From Takakia lepidozioides (Eukaryota > Plantae > Bryophyta): a stretch of DNA of 64,000 bases. Position numbers and translations under genes: made by a program. Each line of letters starts with the position of its first letter. Within the stretch, counting starts at the first letter, position 1. The stretch covers positions 36,704,001 through 36,768,000 of the forward strand of contig CM060732.1 of the NCBI GenBank assembly GCA_030704615.1. Direction: 5' to 3'. The notes beneath the pieces are model-generated. The model saw nothing but the letters and a program-made list of their open reading frames with translations. It was not told the DNA's origin and searched no databases. Of the stretch, positions 38,130-50,232 are shown piece by piece.

Positions 38130-39825
38130 ACACCCGAGCTCGAGAGTCGTGGTTGGAGCAGAGCACGGATCTTGGTTGGAGCAAAGCAGCTCACTAAGAG
38201 AGCAAGCTTGTGGTGGTGCGCCTGTAACCACAAATGAATCCTGGGAATTATAGGCCACGCTGCCAGGGAGTATGTGAGAACTACATGAATATGCTTGGAA
38301 CCCGTAGATAACTTGGGAACAGCTTTTAATGGCGAGAACGTTTTGGTATTAAAAAAAAAAAAAACCCTTTTGATCTAATTTCAATGATTTAGAGCCTAAT
38401 TGGTCATATCTCTGTCAAATGGACTCCGTTTGACTCAGTTTTTGGGGGGATAGCTGCAGAAAGGGGAATTCTACATATCTATCCTCGGCTAAAAATCTAT
38501 GGAATTTTTTGAGTGTGAGTGTGCTATGAAAGATCCACAATTCTGTTTCTAGAACCTGTTGTGGTCTACATGAGAGACAAATCTGGGGATGTCCTCCTTG
38601 TATGGCTGGGGGAAATGAGGACGTAATTGAAGGGCAGGTTTCTCCTCTTAGCCTGTGCACACAAAGGGACAAGATTTATGTTTCTCAAGGAACTCAGACT
38701 GATTTGAGTGGGGGCAGTTGGACGAGTTGATTGCATACTGGGAGTCAGGCATTAGCAATAGACAACAAACTGTTGTAGTTGGCATTGCGGGCCTCAATAT
38801 TGCTTTGGACAGTCATAACTCTGTTGGAGCGAGCAGTTCTGCAGCTGTAGGTGAAATATCAGAGTGGGTGGAAGCTAGGCTTGGAACACAGCCAAAGACA
38901 GCCCCGGGGACCAAGGTGTTCAGCCACAAGGCCGTGGTGTACTGGAGCAAAGGAGCAGGGTTGGTTAGAGCGAGCTAGTGTAGCTTGGGACAAGGTTAGT
39001 GGCAGGGTTCTGGACATAGATATACCTCCTACACCTTACCATCATGCGAGCGAGGCCACTTTGAGAGAGTCTGACAGTTGATAGTATAGATCAGGATTAG
39101 ATCTTGCTTGGTCGGGCCTCTATTCTTCTCCTCCCTCTTTTTACTTTTTTCATTACTTTGTACTTGTAGTTGCCAAAACCTCTCTTGGTGGAGGCCAGTC
39201 AGTCCGGGATTTTGGGCTGGGATATTCTGTAGGATCAACACTGCAGATGGATTTTGGTGTGGAGGTGTTGATGTTTTGATTTCTTGTATTTGGATCCCCC
39301 CCAACACCTGCATGCTTGACTGTGCGCCATGTTGGTTTTGTGTGGGCGCTTGCTTTCATAGGGATTAGGTCGGATTTGATCACCGATCAATCCTAGAGTA
39401 TGTTGTCGGTGGTGAGGCTGGAGTGATGACCAGCAAGACCACCGGTGTTTCTTCTATGGTGAGACTGGGTTGATGACCAGCCAACCATAGGAGTTCTTGC
39501 GGTGGATGCAAGTGCAGGTGCCCTGAGTCACTGGGATATGACCCTTAAATTGCAACAGGTGCCCACCCGTGTCACTATTAGAATTAGTACTAGAGCCTTA
39601 TAGTGTCACGTAGGGGAGGTGCACGTTGTGAGTGTCATCACGGAGTTACCCAAGGGTTTTGAGGGGAGTACGGCTACAGGCAGTAGCAATGAGAGTGGGT
39701 TCACACGACAAGGTATTCGGTTCAGACCACCTTCACCTCCACCCTCAACTACTGTAGAGTTTGACATAGACCCTGAGGCTTCATCAACAGGTGTGCAGTT
39801 TTCTTCGCCATTATTGTGAGACGAC

Positions 39826-41155
39826 ATGGAGGAGATGTATGGAGCTACTAAGGGGCCTCGTAGGTACTCTGGAGCTGTGGGCACAATCGAGCTGGATGAC
39901 TTTATCCAGCAGTTCGACAGCTGGTGTGATTTGCAGCAGATGCGCAATCCACAGCTGTTCACTCCATTCATGGTGTGGAAGGGATTGTTCCAGCATTTGG
40001 AAGGCCCGCCTATGGACGATTACCACGAGTTCAGGCGAGGACATGAAGCAGAGATTGAGAAGTGGAGGATGTATTGGTCACCTGACTATGTCTCCATTAC
40101 TCGAGGAACAACGCGACCAGTAGCGGCATCAGCACCAATACCTCCCACGGCCAGCACTAATAGTGGAACAAGTAATGTCGGTACTTTTGCAGAAGGTGTT
40201 ACTACTCCTCCTTCCATGACTACAACACATGTGCCTAGATTCAGCCCGGTGGTGGAGTTCTTTCAGGAATTGCGGAGGAACTACCAAAATGTACGGACAG
40301 AGAAACTGCGAAGTTTGCAAGACTTCCAGCGCAAATCCAGTGAGAGCCTGCGAGAGGCCTACACTCGTATGAGGCGCTTGATAAGTGTGACCCAAGGGGT
40401 TACTGAAGCTCAGGCAATCCAGTTCTAGAAAGGAATTTTGGACAAGGAGCTCAGGAGAAGGGTGCGGGATGCAACCCTGTTACAAGCAGCCCAACCCACA
40501 TTAGCAGATGTGTTTCTGCTGGCTGAGCGGATTGAGCTTAACATGGTGGAGGAGCGAGTTGTTACCATGGGATTTGGCAAGGACATGCCTGCACAAGGCG
40601 CAGCTGCCAGTCAATAGACACAAGAGACTGCCCAACAGCGTGGTCAGGGGGGCAAGGTTCCCCAACCCAAATTTCATGGAGCTTACAAGGGACCTCAGGT
40701 GCAGAGGCCAGTAACATCTTTTGCAAGCCAACAACAACCAGGGGTGATATGTTGGACATGTGGAAGACCCCATGTCAAGAAAGATTGCCCAAAGAGTGGC
40801 AAAAGGCCGGCACAAGCACAGCCTGCACAGTTGCAGTGTGGGCATTGTGGCAAGTATGGGCATGGAGATGCCCAGTGCTATGACTTGCACCCTGAGTTGC
40901 GGCAAGGCCAGTTCCAAGGGAACAATGGTGGCCGAGGGCGAGTTGGAGCACCTCAGAGAGGACGAGGTGATCAGGCACAAGGTGTAGGACGAGGGCAAGC
41001 ACAGTATGGCCAAGGACGTGGAGGTCAGGGCGTTGACCAAGGCATGGCCAACCGGCTTCAGCAACTAGAGCAAAGGTTTGCTGCCATGACCACAGCTCAG
41101 GTGGTACCAGCTCCAAGACCTGAGGGTCCACCTCATGTTCCTCCTCAGCAGCGTC
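39826..41155 (+). mobile_element. LTR-retrotransposon gag, degenerate, no pol
   Basis: ELDDFIQQFDSW, FQRKSSESLREAYTRMRRL, knuckles CWTCGRPHVKKDC and CGHCGKYGHGDAQC, and an RGG-rich tail; stop at 40426-40428. Confidence 0.8.
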
Positions 41156-41614
41156 ATCGATATGCACAGCAGCGACGCTGGATGGAGGCCTTGGAGACAT
41201 GATCAAATGATGAGGGAAGGGGTGAAGCCCAACCGCATCACGTTTGTGTGCGTTTGCAATGCATGTGCAAGCCTGGCAGCCCTGGAAAAGGGCAAAGAGG
41301 TGCATGGTGACATCCTCAAAGCTGGAATTGTACCAAATGTCATTCTGGACACTGCCCTGGTGGACATGTATGAGAAATGTGGGTGCATTGAGGATGAAAG
41401 TGGAATATCTGACAATGTGACTGAACGAAATGTGGTGTCATTGAAGGCAATGATCGCAAGATATGCCCAACATGGTTGTCATAGGGAGGTCCTGCAACTA
41501 TTTGAAGAAATGCAAGGGGACGGCTTGAAGCCGGACAGTATCACGTTTATGTGTGTTCTCTCTTCATGCAGCCACACTGGCCTACTGAATGAAAGAAGAT
41601 GCTACTTCGATTCC
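41156..41614 (+). pseudogene. PLS PPR fragment joined to gag
   Basis: YAQQ...MEALET, then [33 protein letters not shown]...CSHTGLLNERRCYFDS after a frameshift. Confidence 0.9.
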
Positions 41615-44600
41615 CATGGCGTTCCATAACACCAAATCTCGTTCAGCCAAATTGTTGAACACTCCCTCCGCTTCCTCAATGCTCCCACGTTTGGCATACA
41701 TGTCCATGAGGGTATTAATGGTACAATTCCAGCTTTGGCGATGCAATCATGCACCTCTTTGCCCTTTTTCAGGGCTGACAGGCTTGCACACGCACACAAA
41801 CGTGATGCGGTCGGGCTTCACCCCTTCCCCCATCATTTGCTAATAGGTCTCCAAAGCCTCCATCCCGCGCCCCTGTTGTGCATACCCTGCAAGCATTGCG
41901 TTCCACAACACCACATTTCGTTCAGCCATATTGTTGAAAACTGCCTTTGCATCCTTAATACACCCACATTTGGCATACATGTCCACCAGGGTAGTGTCAG
42001 AATGACATCTGGTACAATTCCAGCTTTGACGATGTCATCATGGACCTCTTTCCCCTTTTCCAGGGCTGCCAGGCTTGCACACGCACTGCAAATGCACACA
42101 ACCGTGATGTTGTTGGGCTTCACCCCTTCTCCCACCATTTGCTCATAGGTCTCCAAAGCCTCCATCCCGTGCCCCTGCTATGCCTACCCTGCAAGCATCA
42201 TGTTCCACGACACCACATCTCGTTCAGCCAGAGTATTGAAAACTCCCTTCGCATCCTTCATGCACCCACAACATGTCCACCAGGGCAGTGTTCAGAATGA
42301 CATCTGGTACAATTCCAGCTTTGACGATGTCATCATGGACCTCTTTCCCCTTTCCCAGGGCTCCCAGGCTTGCACACGCATTGCAAACACAAACAAACGT
42401 GATGTGGTTGGGCTTCACCCTTCGTACATCATTTGCTCATAGGTCTCCAAAGCATTCGTACCACACCCATGCTTGGTAAATCCTCATCTCTGTTATCTGT
42501 TTTTGGATACTTTCCTGCTGCCACATCGGCAATTACTTGTCAAAGTCATTCCAAACCACCACAGATCCACCCAACGAGCTAACATACAGAATTCAATATG
42601 CATCTCAAGGCCGAGTCTGATGAGAGGGCAAAATAGGCTGAAATAGGTCGAAGAAGAAGGTGCCCTCACCACATTGTCCTTGACAATTCAGTATGCACGT
42701 CAGGGCCGAGTCCGATGAGAGGGAAAAACAGGCTGAAATAGGCTGGGCATATCCTGCAATCCTCGCATTCCATGACACCACATTTCGTTCAGCCACATTG
42801 TCAAATACTCCCTTTGCATCCTCCATGCACCCACATTTTGCATACATGTCCACCAGGGCAGTGTCAAGAATGACATTTGGTACAATTCCAGCTTTGATGA
42901 TGTCAGCATGCACCTCTTTGCCCTTTTCCAGGGCAAGCATTGCCAACGCACACAAACGTGATGTGGTTGCACTTCACCCCTTCCCCCATCATTTGCTCAT
43001 AGGTCTCCAAGGCTCCATCCCGCGCCCCTGTTGTGCATATCCTGCAAGCATGGCGTTCCAGGACACCAAATCTCGTTCAGCCATATTGTTGAACACTCCC
43101 TCCGCATCCTCAATGCTCCCATATTTGGCATACAAATGAACATGGCCTTGTTGGGATTTTGGCCTTCCCGTATCATCTGCTCATACATCTTGAAAGCCTC
43201 CGTACCACAACATGTTGGGCTGTGTTTCTACTAGTGTTTCTGACAGTAAACTAACTATGGCAGTGATAACTACAAAGAGCCCCTGGAGGGACACCTCACC
43301 TGCTGACACCAACTGAATTCCATCCCTTGTGCTCTTCGAGCTTCATGTGAACAGCCCTGCCATATTGTCAAACACTAGATGCGCATCCATTATGTTCCCA
43401 CATTTGGCATACATGTTAGCAAGGGCAGTTTCCAGGACGATATTTGGCTCAATTCTGGCTTTGATAATATCAGCATGGATCTTTTTGCCCTTTTCCAGGT
43501 CTGCTAGGCTGGCACATGCATCGAGAATGGAAGTGAATGTGACTTTGTCCGGTACCACCCTTCCCATATCATTTGCTCATAGGTCTCCAAGGTGACCACA
43601 CCCTTGCTGAGCATATCCTGCATTCATCGCACAATGAAACCACATCTTGTCCAGCCATATTGTAGAAAACTCGACATGCCTCCTTCATGCTCCCGCACTT
43701 GGCATACATGGCAGCAAGGGCAGTCACTAGAATGATATCTGGTGCAGTTCCAACTTTCATAATGTCAGCTTGGACCTGTTTTCCCTTTTCCAGGGCACCT
43801 ATGCTGGCACACGCCTTGAGAGCAGATACGAACGTGACCTTGGTGGGCACGGCCTACTAAGACCAAGCTGACTCTCCCAAGAGCCTTGTAAACATCAGGA
43901 ACAATACCAATTGATGGTCCTAACAGCAGCCAAGAGCCCACATTTGCAGGATGGACAAACTTCTCCACATTGTGCATTAAGAAAAAGCCACACCTTGCGG
44001 CCTCGATGAGAAGCCTCGGCCTGCGAAAGTGATGCAATGTGGGACAATGACACTGGGTACAATTCCAGCTCTGACGATGTCGCCATGGACCTCTTTGCCC
44101 TTTTCCAGAGCTGCACGGCTTGCACACACATTGCAAACGCACACAAACGTGATGTGGATGGGCTTCACCCCTTCCCCCATCATTTGCTCATAGGTCTCCA
44201 AAGCCTCCACCCCGTGTCCCTGCTGTGCATACCCTGGCAATCATCGCGTTCCATGACACCACATTAATTCGTTCAGCCATATTGTTGAACACTCCCTCCG
44301 CATCCTCAATGCACCAAATTTTGGCATACATGTCAAGTAGAGTGACAGGGAGTGAAATCACAGTCCCCTGCCAAATTTTCCTCCAATGAGGGGCTAGAGC
44401 AGCACAGCTGGACTAGCTTGTGATTTGTAGGCTGTGTACATTTCTGGCTGAGTTCCCATAATCCCCAGAATAAGCTCCTGCATGGGTTGATAATCAAAGG
44501 GGACTGAACCCTGACGGTGTGTCTATGGCACCCTATACCTGAATGAAATAGGTTGAAGAAGAAGGAGCCCTGGTCTGTGAGAACCCAACGAGCTAACTTA

Positions 44601-45345
44601 CAGAACTCAACATGCATCTCAGGGCCGAGTCTATGAGAGGGCAAAACAGGCAGAAATAGGTTGAAGAAGAAGGAGCCCTCACAACATAGCTAACTTACAC
44701 GCTTCTGCCCCTCCGCGCTCAAGGATGCGGGGACTCCCCGCGCTGCAAGACATCGTACAGTCTCCAATGCTTCCATCCCACATCCATGCTGGGCAAACGC
44801 TAAGCCATACTGTTGAACACTGCCATCTTTCATGCTCACACGCTTCTCATACATGTTCCCCAGAATGATGGTTGGCACGATTCCAGCTTTCAATGGCAGC
44901 ATGGACCTCTCTAGAGCTTGAAATCCGGCCCTCTTGTATGAATCTGAACGTAACTTACTCATTCCAGAGCTTCTCCTCGTCTCTATTATCTTCAAGAGCC
45001 CACATTTGCAGGTCTATGGACAAACTTCTTTACATCGTACATTAAGAAAAGCCACACCTTGCGATTGCGGTTGTCCTACCATCGTGCCAAGGATGCGGGG
45101 GCTCCCGGCGCTGCAAGAGAGACGTGTCGCGGTTGTCTTCGGGCATTTCGGATCGGTCTGTGAGAACCACAGAACCACCACGGTGCAGCTAAGCAGGCAG
45201 AGATTGAAACACGGAGACCAAGCTACCTCTCGCAAGAACCTTGTAAACATCAGGAATAATACCAAATCATGGTACTACCAGAAGGCAGAAATTGAAACCT
45301 ATCTAAACCTGTTCTAAATGCCAGGCCTTATCAACCTATGTAGCC
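41615..45345 (-). pseudogene. Scrambled cluster of PLS PPR fragments with duplicated non-PPR pieces
   Basis: At least eight partial P-L-S triplets (ALEKGKEVH..., MYAKCG...) with frameshifts, interleaved with repeated short segments. Confidence 0.9.
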
Positions 45346-46259
45346 ATTGCGCTCTCTCTCTCTCTTCTTTGAACATCAATCAGAAGCAGGGATGAAAAGG
45401 GTCCGTCTGAACGAAGTACCGTTCAAGAAGTTATTTTCGGATTTTTCGGGCAATCCGGGCAGATAGAAATAAATTGACGACGTACGAAACGTGGGCGACG
45501 ACACGTGACGTGGCACTATGGCACCCTATTTCTGCTCTACACTAAACTAGCTCTCGACCTTCTAGCATACTCCAAAAATGTCACTTGTCAGTTTTGAACT
45601 CAGAACCTCATACCTCCTTCACCATCTTGCCCGAATTACCTTAAATCTTTTTGAGACCTCGTTTTACACCACAAGTCCACAAACATCATCGCAACCCGAA
45701 CAAATTACCTTGCAGGAAGTCACTGGAAGCTGCTGTGTCCATTATTGCAGCACCAGAAAGGGAGAAAAATGTTGTGATCAGGTTTGTTTTTAGAAGCAGG
45801 TTGTGAATCCGCAATGTTCCGAGCTTGCGGTGACATGTGTTCTAGTATGAATTCAACCAGAGTGTTTTAACCAGGCTTGCACATGATTTGCTTGCCTTGC
45901 TGCAGGACCGTCATCTATACAACACTATCACTACTTGGTTGAGTCTGGAGCTAGCCTGGGCGCTATGGTATGTAGTACTGATTACTTAGGGTTTGCAAGA
46001 ACTTTCAAAGTGTCAAAATCTCCTTCACGTATTTTCATGCAATGCTCTACATTTTTTAATTTTTACCACCAAGAATAATTCAACAATTCAATAATAAAGT
46101 TCGAGCAGGGCCTCAGTCCCTTTTCAAAAAAACAAAAACAAAATAAATAAATAAAATAAAATAAAAAATAAAAAATCAACACTTTTATATCATTCCATAT
46201 GTTAAACTTAACATCATACTATATTGTAAACAGAATTGTAGGAATATGTTGACAAGCAA

Positions 46260-47051
46260 TCAAATGGACTCATCTGAATCATAAGCTAAACCTAATATAT
46301 TTGTAACATGTTCTGGTTTAGGTTTTATTTGAAACATGGACAAAGAATCTAGCTTCTTCATGCTATTGCAGCTATCACCACCAAGTTCTTCAACTCTTCT
46401 TCTCTTTGATATACTCTTATCGTCTTTATTGTAAACATCATCAATTTGCCGCACAAACCGGCCTGAATTTTGAAACGTCACCGATTTTACAAGAGCTTCG
46501 TCTTCCTCAAGTTCCTTTTCTTTCTCATTGCGTCTGAGACATGACCTGATAACATCTGCCTCCACCGTTGCACGCCTGTACCTCATGGATTGTAATTCCT
46601 CTATATTTTCTCTAATTTTGTCTTCCATCTTGCAGTTCAATGCCCGACTTTCTAGTGCCTTCAATGGCTTGGCTTCCCCCTCCACTTTTTTTCTGGGATT
46701 CCCAACCTCATAATTTGTGGTTGTATAGGCACATGATGCCCCATTTTCCATCACGTAACTGTCATTTTGCGGGTCAGTCTTCATTGTCAACTCTGCGGAA
46801 CAACAATTACACTTTAAATAAAATCGAAATACTTTGATTTCTCCTAAATATGCCTCCCCTTGGACCTCCTCTTTTCGAATGTTGAATTTGGTGCCTTGAT
46901 AAATATAATTGTTGCACGCATGGCAACGGATAGTGAAAGGAAGCATGTTTCGTACAAGTTCTTGTGAATTCTTTGGCTTCTTGCGGCGTGGAAGCTTTGC
47001 TGGATCAAAATCCGGTGGATAATACTTGTTCACAACCTTGCGATCTGCCAT
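46260..47051 (-). CDS. YJU2: Splicing factor YJU2/CCDC94 (Cwf16 family), divergent intronless paralog
   Basis: RKVVNKYYPPDFDP, MLPFTIRCHAC, GTKFNIRKE, FRFYLKCNCC and KTDPQN in an intact 263-aa ORF. TATA-like CTATATAAG about 135 nt upstream. Confidence 0.92.
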   Translation of the reverse strand: MADRKVVNKYYPPDFDPAKLPRRKKPKNSQELVRNMLPFTIRCHACNNYIYQGTKFNIRKEEVQGEAYLGEIKVFRFYLKCNCCSAELTMKTDPQNDSYVMENGASCAYTTTNYEVGNPRKKVEGEAKPLKALESRALNCKMEDKIRENIEELQSMRYRRATVEADVIRSCLRRNEKEKELEEDEALVKSVTFQNSGRFVRQIDDVYNKDDKSISKRRRVEELGGDSCNSMKKLDSLSMFQIKPKPEHVTNILGLAYDSDESI

Positions 47052-47809
47052 TTTGCTTTAATGAGTCTTCAATCTGTTGAAAAATGTAGATAGAACAACA
47101 AATGAGGATTGTATAGAAGCTCTCCACCCAACCATAGAAGCACACAGCATGAACAACTGATATGTGGCTTCACCCCCCAGCTTCTTATATAGTTCTAGCT
47201 AGGCTAAAAGCAATCACTAAGACTTGCTTTTTAGACCTACTTTTGCTATATATGTTAAGTAGTCCCATAATGGACTAGCTTTAACTTTAAGACAAAAGCC
47301 TCTCTATATAGAGAGTTACTTTTAATGTCTCTAACTTTATCTACAATCTGCATTATACCAAACTCTTCAAATTTCTCTGATAAAATATTATACCATAAGG
47401 TGTACTTTCTGGAGAGGAATCTTTTCATCCAGCCCTAGCAAGCCCACATAATAATGAAGGACGAATAATGTCTGTATGGGCATTAGACAGCAGGGAGACT
47501 CAAACCCTAAAGGCTGCTCAAGGCATGCAGATTCCCCCTCAGAACCTTAACAGCCGGGTAGTTTCATAACCCCAAAAAAGTTGTTTCCCCTTACTATTGA
47601 AAGGAAAAGACATGTAACATAAATACCTGGCCTATGCTGGCTGCTGCCATTGGTGCATCATCAAAAGATTGCAACCGGTCACGCCCATCAGGGCCTAGCT
47701 ATGTTGATATCAATTTCCTCAACTGGCGCTTTGGCATTACATCTGCCCCTAGAGCTTGAAGCACCTGTGACATGTGAGAACCATGAGAATCTCTCTGCCA
47801 GTTCACTCT

Positions 47810-49620
47810 GGAATCATTGTCAATTACCTCTTTACCTTTTCCCAGGGCCGCCAGGCTCACACACACATTGCGAATGCAAAGGAACGTGATGTGTTTGGGT
47901 TTCACACCTTCCCACATCAATTGCTGGTAGGTCTGCAAACCTCCATCCCACACCCATCTAAGCTGGTATATCCTGCAATCGTGGCACTCAGGCAACACAT
48001 TATGTTCAGTCATTATATTGTCGAGCATGCTGCACATCATACCACAGAGAATCCAGCCCTTTGCGTCCATACTGAACATCACACCATGGCTAACTAAAGG
48101 GCAAAGTGGAACTTGTGATGACAATGCCCTCAAGGGTATCACAGCCAAAGGAGGAGCAGCCAACTGTGTCAGGTACATAACATCCCGCTTTCATCTCCCC
48201 AGAAGGATCGTCTCAGCTCAGCATGGATTTCCTTCAATTTGGGATGCAATTTGTCGTTTACAACAAAGGTGCACACCCTATTGCCAACCTCAATGTAGCA
48301 ACAACCTGGCCCCTTGCTAACCCCTCTGACCTTCATCAGTTTTCTCAACTTTGCACTATCGTCCCACCTGCCAGCCACGGCATAGACATTTGAAAGCAAT
48401 ACATAAGTCGCAACATCCTGTTCATCCCACTTGAGAATAGACATTGACGCACGTTCAGCCATCTCCACATTGCCATGGATTCTGCAGGCACCAAGCAAGG
48501 CCAGCTACACCACAACATCTGGTTTCAGTGGCACTTTACTAATGAGGTCCTCTGCCTCCTCCAATCGCCACGCACGCCCAAGAAGGTCCACCATGTAGAC
48601 AAAGTGCTCTACTGTCTTTGTGACACCCTGATCTCGAGTCAGGGAATCAAAGTAGCGTCTTCCTTTATCCAGTAGGCCAACGTGGCTGCATGCAGAGAGA
48701 ATACATATGGTACTGTCCAGCTTCAAGCCTCCCATTTGCATTCCTTCAAGAAGTTGCAGGGCCTCCCTCTGACAACCGAGCTGGGCACATCGTGACATCA
48801 GCGCATTCCAGAACAACACATCTTGTGCAGCCCTATTGTCAACGACTCCTTTTGCGTCCTCAATGCACCCACATTTGGCATTCATATCCATAAGGGTACT
48901 GTTTAGAATGACATCTGTACAATTCCAGCTTTGGAGGATGTCAACATGGAGGTCTCTTTGCCGTTTTCCGGGGCTGCTAGACTCACAATCATTGCAAAAA
49001 CACACAAACGAATGTGACCCGGTCAGGCTTCACCCCTTCCCGCAGGGTTTGCTCTTGTGTCTCCAAAGCATTTCTATCACACCCATGCTTGGTAAATCCT
49101 GCCATCATTTATATATTCCACGTGATCAAACCTTGTTCAGGCATTCTGTTGAAAAATTGGTGTGCATCCACGATGCTCACGCACTTCACATGCATGCATG
49201 TGCACAGGGGTGTATTGTAGAAAAACTGTTTGGCTTGAATCCACTTTGAATAATATGGCGTGCACCTGCTTCCCGGATTCAAGGCCTTTCCTCCTTATGC
49301 AAGAGACACACATAAGTATCTGAATCTGCTGAAGTGCCTCCTTGATTTAAGGCCTGTAGAGCCTTTTTCAGCCGCCCTGCCTCGCATAGCATCCTCACAT
49401 GCCCAGAAGTGCCAGAAGTGGCATAGTGGACTACCTCTCTTGATCCTGTTTCAGAAGTTGTGCTCATGATTGAGGTGCCTGATTCTATCACCTGTGCCGT
49501 TGATGCTGCTGCTTCCAGTTGACCATCCACCCATGTAGGTTTCCTGTAGCAATCAATCCACAGGGAATGATCTGCCCAAATTTTGTGATTGAAATCCAGC
49601 CCTCTTGGACCCACACTCTA
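47810..49620 (-). pseudogene. PDF-PLS-E PPR pseudogene (paralog of 4168-7316) plus a detached PPR fragment at 47810-48090
   Basis: PRGLDFNHK...LWIDCYRKPTWV, VRMLCEAGRLKKAL, degenerate PLS motifs, [17 protein letters not shown] and [13 protein letters not shown]; breaks off after YVPDT. Confidence 0.88.
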
Positions 49621-50019
49621 TCCCTGATTCTTCAGCTACCCCTGGCTACGGGTTGGCAGTGATCCAGGTCTGCACCAGAGAAGCATCCACTCAGCATTTC
49701 TATAATAATAGTATTTCAGATGATGTAAGAGAAAGTTATAGTTGCAAGATAGTACCCTTCATTATATGGAGTCTGACTCAGGGCATACAACAAATCGTAA
49801 AGCTACAGGATGGAAGAGTTCACAAAATGGCCTTTGGATGCGGGAAGTAGGGTGGTGAAGGGGCCCTAAAAATCATTCAGTGGAGAGCAGTGCGAGTCTT
49901 TGAGGACCAGGACACACCGATCATGGTTGAGCTCATCTTATCAAGCTTACATGATCCCATTGCATCCATTTGAAGAGCAAGAAATACAAGCAGGAGAATG
50001 AATATGCAAGTGTGTGGCC

Positions 50020-50232
50020 TGGTGGCAGAAACAGTCACCTTGGAAGGCTCACATGGCCGGCAGTGGAAGGTCGACATAAGAAGCTGCAGATGTAGTATGA
50101 GCGAATGTTGTTTCGCGATTGGCAGCTGGAGGGAGTTTGCATTCGACCACGACCTCAAAATCGGAGACCAGCTTGTCTTCACTCTCGTTTCATACTCTCG
50201 CTTTACCGTTTGAGTGTTTGACAAGTTTGGCA
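50020..50232 (+). pseudogene. B3 DNA-binding domain fragment (REM/VRN1-like)
   Basis: VTLEGSHGRQWKV...GSWREFAFDHDLKIGDQLVFTL...FTV*VFDKFG. Confidence 0.8.

Noticed and set aside
37561-38253. 230-aa + strand ORF
   Set aside because: Antisense shadow of the thylakoid-protein pseudogene.
40470-40479. TGCAACCCTG as the right TIR of the hAT at 29281
   Set aside because: It lies inside gag coding sequence with no matching 8-bp TSD or subterminal repeats.
42610-42650. Hammerhead ribozyme (CTGATGAG...GAAA)
   Set aside because: Stem II cannot form, and the two related copies do not keep CTGATGA.
46125-46175. Poly(A) tail of a YJU2 retrocopy
   Set aside because: The A-rich tract is on the + strand, the wrong orientation for a minus-strand gene.
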